A DNA stretch of 64,000 nucleotides from an uncultured bacterium (GTDB lineage: Bacteria; Verrucomicrobiota; Kiritimatiellia; RFP12; UBA1067). Each line of letters starts with the position of its first letter. The stretch's first letter is position 1. Below, piece by piece: positions 47,692 through 55,070 of the stretch. The stretch spans positions 15,165 through 79,164 of the forward strand of contig CACYNF010000001.1 in NCBI GenBank assembly GCA_902775595.1. Reading direction: 5' to 3'. A model generated the notes under the pieces. The model was not told the DNA's origin. It did not search any database and saw nothing but the letters and a program-made list of their open reading frames with translations. Made by a program: the position numbers and the translations under genes.

Positions 47692-49608
47692 TTATTTCTC
47701 CTTGTGTTGTCTGAAATCGCGTATCATGTCCTTTACGACGGCCCAGCGCTCGCGCCTTATCTGCTTGACCGCGTTCGAAAGCCGCAGCCTGTCCATTACG
47801 GCCTCCCTGTCGCCGGTCGCTGGCAGCGCCCCGCGCAGGGCCTTGAAATGCGCCTCCCAGAACGACCTTACGAAGTCCTGCAGTATGTCCGTCGCGCTCA
47901 TGCCGCTCGACTCCGTCTTTCCGGCCCCAACGAGGACGGCGTCAAACCACTCCCCCTCCCTCTGCCCGAGGCTCGCCGCGAAGGTCGCGAACACGTCCTC
48001 TCCGCTGGCCGCCTCCATGCGCCAGGTCTCGACGAACCGCCACGTGAAGGCGTGGGCGAAGACCTCGCGCGGCAGGAACTCGCCTATCATGCCGTCAAGC
48101 GTCCTGTCGCGCTCGTTCGACATGAGGAACTCCATGAACGCCGTCTCCCGCGGCGGCGGCGGCGCGACTTCTGCGGCGTCGGCCGCAGAAGGAGTCGGAA
48201 GTCTGGAGTCGAGAGCTGAAATCCGGCTGTCCACATCGTCCTCATCGGCAGAAAGTTCCTGCGCGGCGGATGGCTGGTGGCGTGGAGCGGCGGCCTTTTT
48301 CCTCCTGACCGCCTCAAGCTCCTCCGCAAGCGCGGCGGACGGGAGCCCCAGGAGCTTCGACGCCTCGCCGACCATGCTCGCCCTCAAGACCGCCGACGGA
48401 CATGCGGCAATCGTCGCGAGGACCGCCTTCGAGACGCGCGCCACGGCGTCGATCGACGACGGATCCGCCTCCTTCGCGCGCTCGACGCGGCACTGGAAGG
48501 ATATTATCGACTCGCCCTTCTCCAAGAGCGCGCGGAATTGCCCGGCACCTTTCGTCCTCAGGAACGAATCAGGGTCGTCGCCGTCGGGAAGGGAGACTAC
48601 GCGCACGGGAATCTCCGCCGCGAGCAGCATGCCCGCCGAACGAATGGTCGCCTTGTGGCCCGCCGCATCGTCGTCATAGACGAGGACCGCCTGGCTCGCG
48701 ACGCGCTTGAGCATCCTCACGTGCTCGTCGGTGAACGCCGTTCCCTGCCCGGCGACGGCGTTCGCGAAGCCGCTCGCATGGAGGCGAATGCAGTCGATCT
48801 GCCCTTCGCAGACTATCACCTCGCAGTGGGGGTCCTTCCCGATCGCGCGGCCCGCGCGGTCGAACCCGAAGAGGACGTTGGACTTCTTGAAGATCGCCGT
48901 CTCCGGGGAATTCACGTACTTGCCGGAGTTCTTCTTCTCGACAAGCTGCCGCCCCGAGAACGCGACGACCCTGCCCTGCTTGTCGCGCACGGGAAACATA
49001 AGCCGCCCGCCGAAGCGGTGGTAGCCGCTGTCGCCCGGCCTGTTCGGCGCCTTGACGACGCCTGCGGCCTCGAGCTCTTCCGGCGTGTACTTGTACTTCT
49101 CGGCCCAGCGCAGGATGTTCGCGACGCCGTTCGGCGCGTAGCCGATCCCCCAGTCCTCCGCGACGGCGCCGGCGAGGGCGCGGCTCTCAAGGTATTTCCG
49201 CGCGGTCTCGCCCTCCTTCGCCTGAAGGAGGCAGCGGCGGTAGAACGCGGCGAGCTCGGCCATCAGCGAGTAGAGGCGCTTGCGGAGGCCCGCGTTGGGG
49301 TCTTCGGCCTCCTCGATCTTGACGCCGCACTGCTCGGCGAGCTTCTTCACGGCCTCGACGAACGTGAGGCCCTCCTGCTTCTGCACGAACTTGATTGCAT
49401 CGCCCGACTCGCCGCAGCCGAAGCAGTGGTAGAACCCCTTGGACGAATTGATGTTGAAGGACGGGGTCTTCTCGTGGTGGAACGGGCAGCACGCCTTCGC
49501 CGTCGCCCCGGCGTGCTTCACCTGTATGCCGTACGACGATATCAGTTCGGCGAGGTCGATCCTCGACTTGATATCCTCGATTACAGACTCTGTGATTCCC
49601 ATTGCCAT
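47692..49608 (-). CDS. dnaG: DNA primase
   Basis: ORF 47692..49716 trimmed to ATG 49608 (MAMGITESVIEDIKSRIDL). Zinc ribbon CCPFHHEKTPSFNINSSKGFYHCFGCG, plus a TOPRIM region (VIVCEGQIDCI, YDDDAAG). Confidence 0.93.
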   Translation of the reverse strand: MAMGITESVIEDIKSRIDLAELISSYGIQVKHAGATAKACCPFHHEKTPSFNINSSKGFYHCFGCGESGDAIKFVQKQEGLTFVEAVKKLAEQCGVKIEEAEDPNAGLRKRLYSLMAELAAFYRRCLLQAKEGETARKYLESRALAGAVAEDWGIGYAPNGVANILRWAEKYKYTPEELEAAGVVKAPNRPGDSGYHRFGGRLMFPVRDKQGRVVAFSGRQLVEKKNSGKYVNSPETAIFKKSNVLFGFDRAGRAIGKDPHCEVIVCEGQIDCIRLHASGFANAVAGQGTAFTDEHVRMLKRVASQAVLVYDDDAAGHKATIRSAGMLLAAEIPVRVVSLPDGDDPDSFLRTKGAGQFRALLEKGESIISFQCRVERAKEADPSSIDAVARVSKAVLATIAACPSAVLRASMVGEASKLLGLPSAALAEELEAVRRKKAAAPRHQPSAAQELSADEDDVDSRISALDSRLPTPSAADAAEVAPPPPRETAFMEFLMSNERDRTLDGMIGEFLPREVFAHAFTWRFVETWRMEAASGEDVFATFAASLGQREGEWFDAVLVGAGKTESSGMSATDILQDFVRSFWEAHFKALRGALPATGDREAVMDRLRLSNAVKQIRRERWAVVKDMIRDFRQHKEK

Positions 49609-49621
49609 TGAATTGAAGTAT

Positions 49622-49630
49622 ATTATACCA
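49622..49630 (-). promoter_or_regulatory. extended -10 box TGGTATAAT upstream of dnaG (14 nt to the ATG)
   Basis: attatacca on the plus strand; ATG at 49608. Confidence 0.55.
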
Positions 49631-49658
49631 TACTGAGTGTGTATATGCGCGTCCCCCG

Positions 49659-50076
49659 CCTTGGGTGCAGCGAGCAATTTATGCAGGGAACCCACAAATT
49701 GATGGCACTTGCGCATTGCGCATATATTGGCATATATGTGTTTTGCGCTGACGCGCGACCGCAGGGGCGGCGGTGGTGACGCGACTGGCGAGGCATCGCC
49801 TCAAGCCATGTCGCGGCGACACTGCCGAATGTTGCCACAAGGCAACGCGACGTTCGCAAGGTTCGTGGTCGCGCGTCATTCGCCCGCGCCGGCAGGCGTC
49901 GGGTTGCCTGAGCGCGAGATGCACCTGCGGCGAAGCCGTCAGGTCCCCCGACGAGCGAAGCGAGGAGCTTTGCGAAGCAAAGTCGCAAGAGGGTGCGCGC
50001 GAACCCCGAAGGGGCCGCAAGGGGCCGAGCGCCCCCCATCGCATTGACTTTACATAAATAACTCGTTGCACCCAGG
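49659..50076. repeat. about 418-bp GC-rich element bracketed by imperfect ~24-bp inverted repeats (MITE-like or structured RNA)
   Basis: The left arm CCTTGGGTGCAGCGAGCAATTTATG (49659-49683) matches the reverse complement of the right arm 50053-50076 (CCTGGGTGCAACGAGTTATTTATG). The interior holds many short GNRA-type hairpins (gttgcc-acaa-ggcaac, ctttgc-gaa-gcaaag, cccc-gaa-gggg). Confidence 0.45.
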
Positions 50077-50100
50077 ATGCCTCGGCGGAGGCGCGGCGGA

Positions 50101-50988
50101 TCACGGTGCTGCGAACGCGGTTTTCTTGATGCGGGGAATTTCTCCGGAGTCAAGTTTCATGAATGCGAAACACTTTCTGCCGAGGTCCTTGAGAGATGCG
50201 CCGATGAGATAGACGTCCTTGTCGTCGATGATGAGAAACCTGTCATGGAAAGACTCATTGTACCGGACGGCAAGCTTCGGGTACTGGGCGTTGAAGGTCG
50301 CAATGTCGGCAGGGGAAATCTTATGGTGCGGGACATGCTTCTTGTCATAGTGCCCCGAAGTGAAGACCGTCACCTTCACTCCTTTGCCTTTCTTTGCAAG
50401 GAGATCAAGCGTCTCCGGCGTCGCCCAGTTGTCGATGAGGATAATCGACCGCTTTGCGGTCTGGATCAGTTTCAGCACCAGCGCCCGCGCGTCCCACAAT
50501 TGTCCGTCGTAGAATACACCTTGAATAGGCGGCAAGGCGGTTTGTAACACAAGATTGATTTGCTCCTCATGCTTGAGGACTTTCTGCTCCAATCGTGCAA
50601 ATCGCTCGTTGACGGCATATCCGCGCAAAACATACTCTTTCAGAATTCTATTAGCCCACTGCCTGAATCTGGTACCAATTACTGATTTTACGCGATACCC
50701 GACGGAAATAATTACATCTAGACTATATAGGGCCACTGGTCTGTCCGAGGTTGCAATTTGCAAATAATGCAAATTGCTTTCCTTGTCCAGCTCACACTCA
50801 GAAAAAATGTTCTTTATGTGCCGACTTATTACAGATACATCGCGTTGAAACAGCTCGCACAACTGCGCCTGCGTCAGCCACACCGTCTCGTTTTCAAGAC
50901 GGACGGCGAGCCTGATTGTGTCGTCCGGCTGATAGACGACGATTTCGTTCTTGGGCTCAGGCAGATTACGCGGTTGATTATTGTTCAT
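50101..50988 (-). CDS. RhuM-family protein
   Basis: ORF 50101..51129 trimmed to ATG 50988 (MNNNQPRNLPEPKNEIVVYQ), with GGAGGT upstream. Sequence VWLTQAQLCELFQRDVSVISRHIKNIF...VGYRVKSVIGTRFRQWANRILKEY. The C-terminal part has a degenerate PLD-like motif, HDRFLIIDDKDVYLIGASLKDLG. Confidence 0.8.
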   Translation of the reverse strand: MNNNQPRNLPEPKNEIVVYQPDDTIRLAVRLENETVWLTQAQLCELFQRDVSVISRHIKNIFSECELDKESNLHYLQIATSDRPVALYSLDVIISVGYRVKSVIGTRFRQWANRILKEYVLRGYAVNERFARLEQKVLKHEEQINLVLQTALPPIQGVFYDGQLWDARALVLKLIQTAKRSIILIDNWATPETLDLLAKKGKGVKVTVFTSGHYDKKHVPHHKISPADIATFNAQYPKLAVRYNESFHDRFLIIDDKDVYLIGASLKDLGRKCFAFMKLDSGEIPRIKKTAFAAP

Positions 50989-51016
50989 GGCAATACCTCC
51001 ATTAGGATGCCCTCGA

Positions 51017-51199
51017 TCAACGCGACTGGCCGTTCGAGCCGAAGCCGCGGAAGATTTCGGCGAAACCTGGCGGAAGGTCCTTGAGAAGATCCTCGCCGCT
51101 CTTGCCGACGTCATCCCTCGCGCAGACATAGTTCCTGCACATTATTCCATCGCGCCAAGGGCATGTTCCCGTTGCGCACTTCGGACAGATTTGCTCCAT
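51017..51199 (-). CDS. small Cys-rich (zinc-ribbon-like) hypothetical protein
   Basis: ORF 51017..51283 trimmed to MEQICPKCATGTCPWRDGIMCRNYVC..., with AGGAG about 8 nt upstream. It lies 28 nt upstream of rhuM. Confidence 0.4.
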   Translation of the reverse strand: MEQICPKCATGTCPWRDGIMCRNYVCARDDVGKSGEDLLKDLPPGFAEIFRGFGSNGQSR

Positions 51200-51570
51200 G
51201 ATTGGACTCCTATTCCTTTTGTCGTTTCCGACGCACTGCGCGGCCGAACGACGGCCGCAGGATACAATGCGCCTATGACGCATTTTCGGAATAGGCGATG
51301 CCTCGCCAGTTGCCGACGACGCTTAGGCCGCGCATCTCGCGCTCAAGCCCGCGGAGGAAGCCTCCTCCATCGCGTTCCCAATCGGCCGCCGCGGTTCCCG
51401 ACATCAACGCCCCCTCCCGGACCGTCCGCCCACCCTTCAGGCTTTTCGATCCGTTCTCAGCGAGACTCCATCGGTTTCAACCCAACGGCTTTCAAGGCCC
51501 CCGTTCGTACCTCTGTCGCCACAGAGTTCAATTCCGGAGAGCAGATATATTGTCTCATATTTGCACCGGG

Positions 51571-51599
51571 GGCGCAAGGGCGTGCGCCAACTTTTTTGG
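51571..51599 (+). terminator. plus-strand intrinsic-terminator-like hairpin + T-tract in a gene-less gap
   Basis: GGCGCA-AGGGCG-TGCGCC followed by AACTTTTTTGG. No supportable plus-strand CDS lies upstream. Confidence 0.4.
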
Positions 51600-51617
51600 A
51601 AAACTTTGCGCCATGTT

Positions 51618-52163
51618 TTATTCTGCGCCCGCGGGCAAACGCTCGCCGCTGGGCACGTCCCCAGGCAACAGGCGAAGGGACTTGTGCGACAGCGCGAACT
51701 GGATTACGGACTGGATTCCCTCGAATTTCTTTGGCGCAGTGCCAACGGCAAATCTCTCTATGGTCTTGTCGCCCGCTCGCAACCGCAGATAATATGCCGT
51801 CGCATCAAGCGGCGACGCGGCCTGCCCATCGTTGATGCCCGGCCAGGCCTCGACATGTGCCTGTTCGACATTATGTACGAGTCTTCGCCACTCACGCCCT
51901 TCAAGGGCAAGATCCAACCGCATCCCGTCAAACCGGCAGGATTCCCAGCCCATGGCGTCATGCAATCCACACTTGAACCGAAACCGCCGCGCATTGAAAT
52001 CGATCCACATCTCCACCATCACCTCATCTGGGATGCGGCTTTCGTGGTAATAGAGCGAGTCGACTTTCTCGCCGTTTTCAAGCACAAGCGCATCGCGGTA
52101 GGCGCATCCACCCACCGCAAGCAGCGCCAAAGCCATCGCGAGGCATTTCACTATCGGCGACAT
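51618..52163 (-). CDS. hypothetical lipoprotein
   Basis: 181 aa with a signal peptide and lipobox, MSPIVKCLAMALALLAVGGCA. No family recognised. Confidence 0.6.
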   Translation of the reverse strand: MSPIVKCLAMALALLAVGGCAYRDALVLENGEKVDSLYYHESRIPDEVMVEMWIDFNARRFRFKCGLHDAMGWESCRFDGMRLDLALEGREWRRLVHNVEQAHVEAWPGINDGQAASPLDATAYYLRLRAGDKTIERFAVGTAPKKFEGIQSVIQFALSHKSLRLLPGDVPSGERLPAGAE

Positions 52164-52223
52164 CCCTTTCTATCCCTTACTCGTTCCCCGCGGCAAAATC
52201 TGACCATTTTGCAACTTCGCATC

Positions 52224-52352
52224 TCAGAACGGCATGTCGCCGTCGTCGGGTTTTGGCGGCAGGCCGCTCGGGTCCGCCGCGGACTTGAATCGTTCGACAC
52301 GGCACGTCTCAGTAGACGCAAGCAGTTTTTCCAATTCGCTCTTCGTTATCAT
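52224..52352 (-). CDS. 42-aa micro-ORF (AlbA_2/Schlafen-like N-terminal stub ending in an SSB-tail-like DDGDMPF)
   Basis: My own translation gives MITKSELEKLLASTETCRVERFKSAADPSGLPPKPDDGDMPF*. It has AGGAGG 5 nt upstream and its own TGGTATAAT box. It is below the ORF-track size cut-off. Confidence 0.4.
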   Translation of the reverse strand: MITKSELEKLLASTETCRVERFKSAADPSGLPPKPDDGDMPF

Positions 52353-52369
52353 AGCCTCCTTATCACAAA

Positions 52370-52378
52370 ATTATACCA
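52370..52378 (-). promoter_or_regulatory. extended -10 box TGGTATAAT upstream of the micro-ORF
   Basis: attatacca on the plus strand, 18 nt from ATG 52352 with AGGAGG in between. Confidence 0.55.
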
Positions 52379-52408
52379 TATTCACACCTTCACCACATCC
52401 GGTCACCC

Positions 52409-53176
52409 TCACTTACTGCGAGTTCGCTTTTTGCCGAATTGGGCACTTCGCAGCTTCTCAAATTCTCCGCGCCAGTCATCGCCCTTCATCTTCCCTGCAG
52501 CAGCCATCATCTCGACAATCTCCTTTGCTCCGCGTTGGTAGTCAACGATATTCGTAAAAGCGTCAACCGAAACCCTACGGGGCATTGATTGATCCGCGTC
52601 ATCACTCCGCCAAAAGCCACGATTGCTCCCCGGCGGCAATTCAGTATCTACCAGGTACACTCTGGCTTTCGGGTTCCCGATTGTGATGCCAAGCAACTTG
52701 TTGTACTCGGAATCTTCTTCCTCGGACTCCATATACATGGTATTCATCACATCACAATATACACAACCGGAGTCATCAATCCAATCAATGCCCGCATGCG
52801 AGGGAAACTTGAAATTCGCCAACACATCATCTGTGTAATTCCACCGTACGCGCACTTCGTCGCCATTTGCAATGAGCCGCCCGCCGTCTTCCGGCGATTC
52901 ACCCTGAAAGCAGACAGTTCCGGACAACCGATATTTGCGCGGACGCAACACCTTGTCATTCAGGTACTTAATCCACCCAATGTAACCGTAGAACTTCTCA
53001 CCTTCATCCCACTCGATGCTGCGGCCATCACCACCGACTCGCCATTGGCACCAGATACTAGGCATCACACGATCATCATGCCGAGAGTCGCGGATCTCCT
53101 CAATGATTTCGAATGTCCGATCGTCGATCCTCTTGTTGAGCGTAAACACACCCGAGAATTTCGTATTGTAGCCCAT
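52409..53176 (-). CDS. hypothetical protein (255 aa), last gene of a three-gene operon
   Basis: MGYNTKFSGVFTLNKRIDDRTFEIIEEI...WCQWRVGGDGRSIEWDEGEKFYGYIGWIKYL... I recognise no family. Its ATG lies 1 nt after the ORF6N stop. Confidence 0.65.
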   Translation of the reverse strand: MGYNTKFSGVFTLNKRIDDRTFEIIEEIRDSRHDDRVMPSIWCQWRVGGDGRSIEWDEGEKFYGYIGWIKYLNDKVLRPRKYRLSGTVCFQGESPEDGGRLIANGDEVRVRWNYTDDVLANFKFPSHAGIDWIDDSGCVYCDVMNTMYMESEEEDSEYNKLLGITIGNPKARVYLVDTELPPGSNRGFWRSDDADQSMPRRVSVDAFTNIVDYQRGAKEIVEMMAAAGKMKGDDWRGEFEKLRSAQFGKKRTRSK

Positions 53177-53177
53177 T

Positions 53178-53741
53178 TTACTTCACCTCCTTAACGATCT
53201 CATGGAGGGAATCGCCGCCCGCTTTCTTAACCCTTCGAACGGTGTGCTTGAGCTTTCCGATGAGAAAGTTGATCTCCAGCGACGATTCGGTTTCCGCCGT
53301 GGTGAGATCGGGCATGACGATGTCCGTCAGCGCCTCGCCGAAATGCCGCATCATGGAGTTGCGCTTCTGAGCGTCTGGTTCCGCGTGCAACGCCAGCAGC
53401 TCACGCTTCATCGCCCTGACCTCGGCATAGGTCTCGATGATGGAAAGCGTCGTGCGCACCGCCTGTTCGCCCTTCAGAATCGTTGCAAGCATATACAGGC
53501 CCTTTTCGGTGAAGACCTTGTAGCCGTGTTTGGAATGATGTCCTTTACCAGGATTGGTCTCTAAGGTCAAAATTTTTGATCTTAGAACCTTGATCTCTTC
53601 CTGCGTCAGCTCCACGACATATCCTGCCGGAAACTTCCCGGGATTGTTTTTGACTGCCTGATTGATTATGCGCGTCTCAACACCATACAGCGCTGCAACG
53701 TCGCGGTCCAGCAGAACTTGCTGGCCGCGGACTTGCAGCAT
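53178..53741 (-). CDS. ORF6N-domain (KilA-N-related) DNA-binding protein
   Basis: 187 aa: VRGQQVLLDRDVAALYGVETRIINQAVKNNPGKFPAGYVVELTQEE is the ORF6N signature. Confidence 0.8.
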   Translation of the reverse strand: MLQVRGQQVLLDRDVAALYGVETRIINQAVKNNPGKFPAGYVVELTQEEIKVLRSKILTLETNPGKGHHSKHGYKVFTEKGLYMLATILKGEQAVRTTLSIIETYAEVRAMKRELLALHAEPDAQKRNSMMRHFGEALTDIVMPDLTTAETESSLEINFLIGKLKHTVRRVKKAGGDSLHEIVKEVK

Positions 53742-53746
53742 GTCTT

Positions 53747-54235
53747 CTATGCCAATACCTGATATTTCAAGTCTGGATAGCCACCGACAAGTCGGGCCAA
53801 AGCGCCTGCGGAATCTATGGCCGCGAACACAACACTCTCTGAATGTTCGAGAATGTAGCGATTGCGGATGGAGGCCGTTCGTACATCGACACGCGCCACA
53901 GACCGAGCAACGGGCGAGATAACCAACAGACGCCCGGAGGCAATGGGCTCACGATAGAGCTTCGGAATGCCCTTCTCGGTCCATAGCTTGCGCGCCAGCA
54001 CCCAAATGACCGGTTGCTTCCCCTGGAGGAGAAACGCCAGCACATCCCTTTCAAGCGGACTCTGAAAGCCGCCCATGACGCACACGCCCTCATCGCGCAT
54101 CTCCGTCGCCCAGTCGTAGCACTTCATGACCGCCTCGGGCGGAACCTTGCGTGACGACAGAAAACCGACCTTGGGCAGATCAAGGATTGACTCATCTCCC
54201 AACGTAGCAATCTGTGCGGACTTGCTCATTCTCAT
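53747..54235 (-). CDS. DprA/Smf-like (SLOG-superfamily) Rossmann-fold protein, short form
   Basis: 162 aa. It is colinear with the DprA Rossmann core: VGFLSSRK.., VMGGFQSPLERDVLAFLLQGKQPVIWVLARKL (compare VSGxAxGIDxxAHxxAL...IAVL), LVISPV....RNRYILEHSESVVFAAID. The canonical GID/AH residues are replaced. Confidence 0.55.
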   Translation of the reverse strand: MRMSKSAQIATLGDESILDLPKVGFLSSRKVPPEAVMKCYDWATEMRDEGVCVMGGFQSPLERDVLAFLLQGKQPVIWVLARKLWTEKGIPKLYREPIASGRLLVISPVARSVARVDVRTASIRNRYILEHSESVVFAAIDSAGALARLVGGYPDLKYQVLA

Positions 54236-54312
54236 CCCTTCTCCATATTTCGCTTCACATTAGCCCCTGTCCTTCACCGAGGTTAGTCATGTTGTTGCCA
54301 ACTGCAAACTTT

Positions 54313-54331
54313 GTGCATTTTGAAAATGCAC
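54313..54331. promoter_or_regulatory. perfect 9+1+9 palindrome GTGCATTTT-G-AAAATGCAC (candidate operator)
   Basis: Read directly. It lies about 80 nt upstream of the DprA-like ATG and 10 nt after the stop of the wHTH stub. The loop is too short for a hairpin. Confidence 0.45.
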
Positions 54332-54340
54332 CATTTCTCC

Positions 54341-54746
54341 TTACTCCGCGTTTCCCTTCGCAACCTCCCAGTGTCCGCCCTTGCGCCCGCCGACTCTCAC
54401 GATCTTGCCTTCGGACTTCAGCTGCGCAAGGTTCTTCTCCACGCCACGCACCGAAAGTCCGACTTCCCTTGCCAGGCGTTCGCGTGTGATGTACGGGTAC
54501 TGGGCGATGAGATCAAGAATCTTTACCACACTTTTTACCATACCTTTTCCCACACTCATCTTCACTTCGGCCAATGCATCACGCAGCGCAAGAAGCATGA
54601 ACTCGATGAACCTTCTGGCATCACCTGTGCGATCAGCAAAGGTGCGTGGCAATCTCCGTTATCTCGGCGACAAGCGAGATCATCTTATCGCTCAAAGTAT
54701 AACTCGGGACTTTCCCGGTTCTCCGCGTCACATTTTTCTTCTTCAT
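54341..54746 (-). pseudogene. Fic-like (or AlbA_2-type regulator) remnant: N-terminal stub + out-of-frame C-terminal winged-helix domain, catalytic core missing
   Basis: The 54633-54746 frame reads MKKKNVTRRTGKVPSYTLSDKMISLVAEITEIATHLC* (Fic_N-like). The 54341-54652 frame reads ...DARRFIEFMLLALRDAL...ILDLIAQYPYITRERLAREVGLSVRGVEKNLAQLKSEGKIVRVGGRKGGHWEV (wHTH). No HPFxxGNGR motif is present. Confidence 0.4.
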
Positions 54747-54923
54747 CCTCAACCTCCTCTTCATATTATATAACATCAGGCCACACCCAACGCCCGCCCG
54801 GTCGCCACCATCGCCCAAAAGCCGCTTGCAATTCTCCTCCAGGCGGCCACCAACTTCACAACCCCGCCCGTTTGATTTTTCTTACTCATATCTTTGCCGG
54901 TCTTCACTTTCTATTTCCTCCAC

Positions 54924-55070
54924 TCATATCATTCGAACTGGCGCCAGTACGACAGACTTCCCCGTCCCGGCCTCGCCCGACACATAGAAGTTCCCGTCCT
55001 GCGCCATGGCAAAGTCAATCGCCGACGCCCGCTTTGGATCAAGTTTCTCTGTTTTCGGCAACCAACTCAT
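54924..55070 (-). pseudogene. truncated P-loop helicase (RecD/Pif1/AAA_30-like) N-terminal stub
   Basis: My own translation gives MSWLPKTEKLDPKRASAIDFAMAQDGNFYVSGEAGTGKSVVLAPVRMI*. The Walker A motif is followed by a stop. Its ATG overlaps the stop of the upstream nuclease gene (ATGA). Confidence 0.5.

Noticed and set aside
49930-49970. Possible SRP (4.5S) RNA because of GTCAGGTCC...AGCGAAGCGAGG
   Set aside because: The conserved domain IV core (AGGUCCGGAAGGAAGCAGC with its GGAA tetraloop and symmetric loop) is not present. I also checked by eye for tmRNA and RNase P hallmarks and did not find them. This needs an Infernal scan to be definitive.
49623-50153. 176-aa and 141-aa minus-strand ORFs, and the 94-112-aa plus-strand ORFs, across the dnaG/island junction
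   Set aside because: The sequences are Arg/Pro/Ala-rich nonsense with no motifs and they overlap one another in several frames. The region is better explained as a non-coding structured or inverted-repeat element.
50981-51835. 284-aa and 164-aa plus-strand ORFs spanning the rhuM start to the lipoprotein gene
   Set aside because: The translations are Pro/Arg/Ser-rich with no motifs. They overlap the well-supported minus-strand RhuM start and the Zn-ribbon ORF, and there is no SD.
52224-52352. Calling the micro-ORF an SSB fragment
   Set aside because: Only the last ~7 residues resemble the SSB tip. There is no OB-fold sequence, and the N-terminus looks AlbA_2-like instead. It is kept only as a speculative finding.
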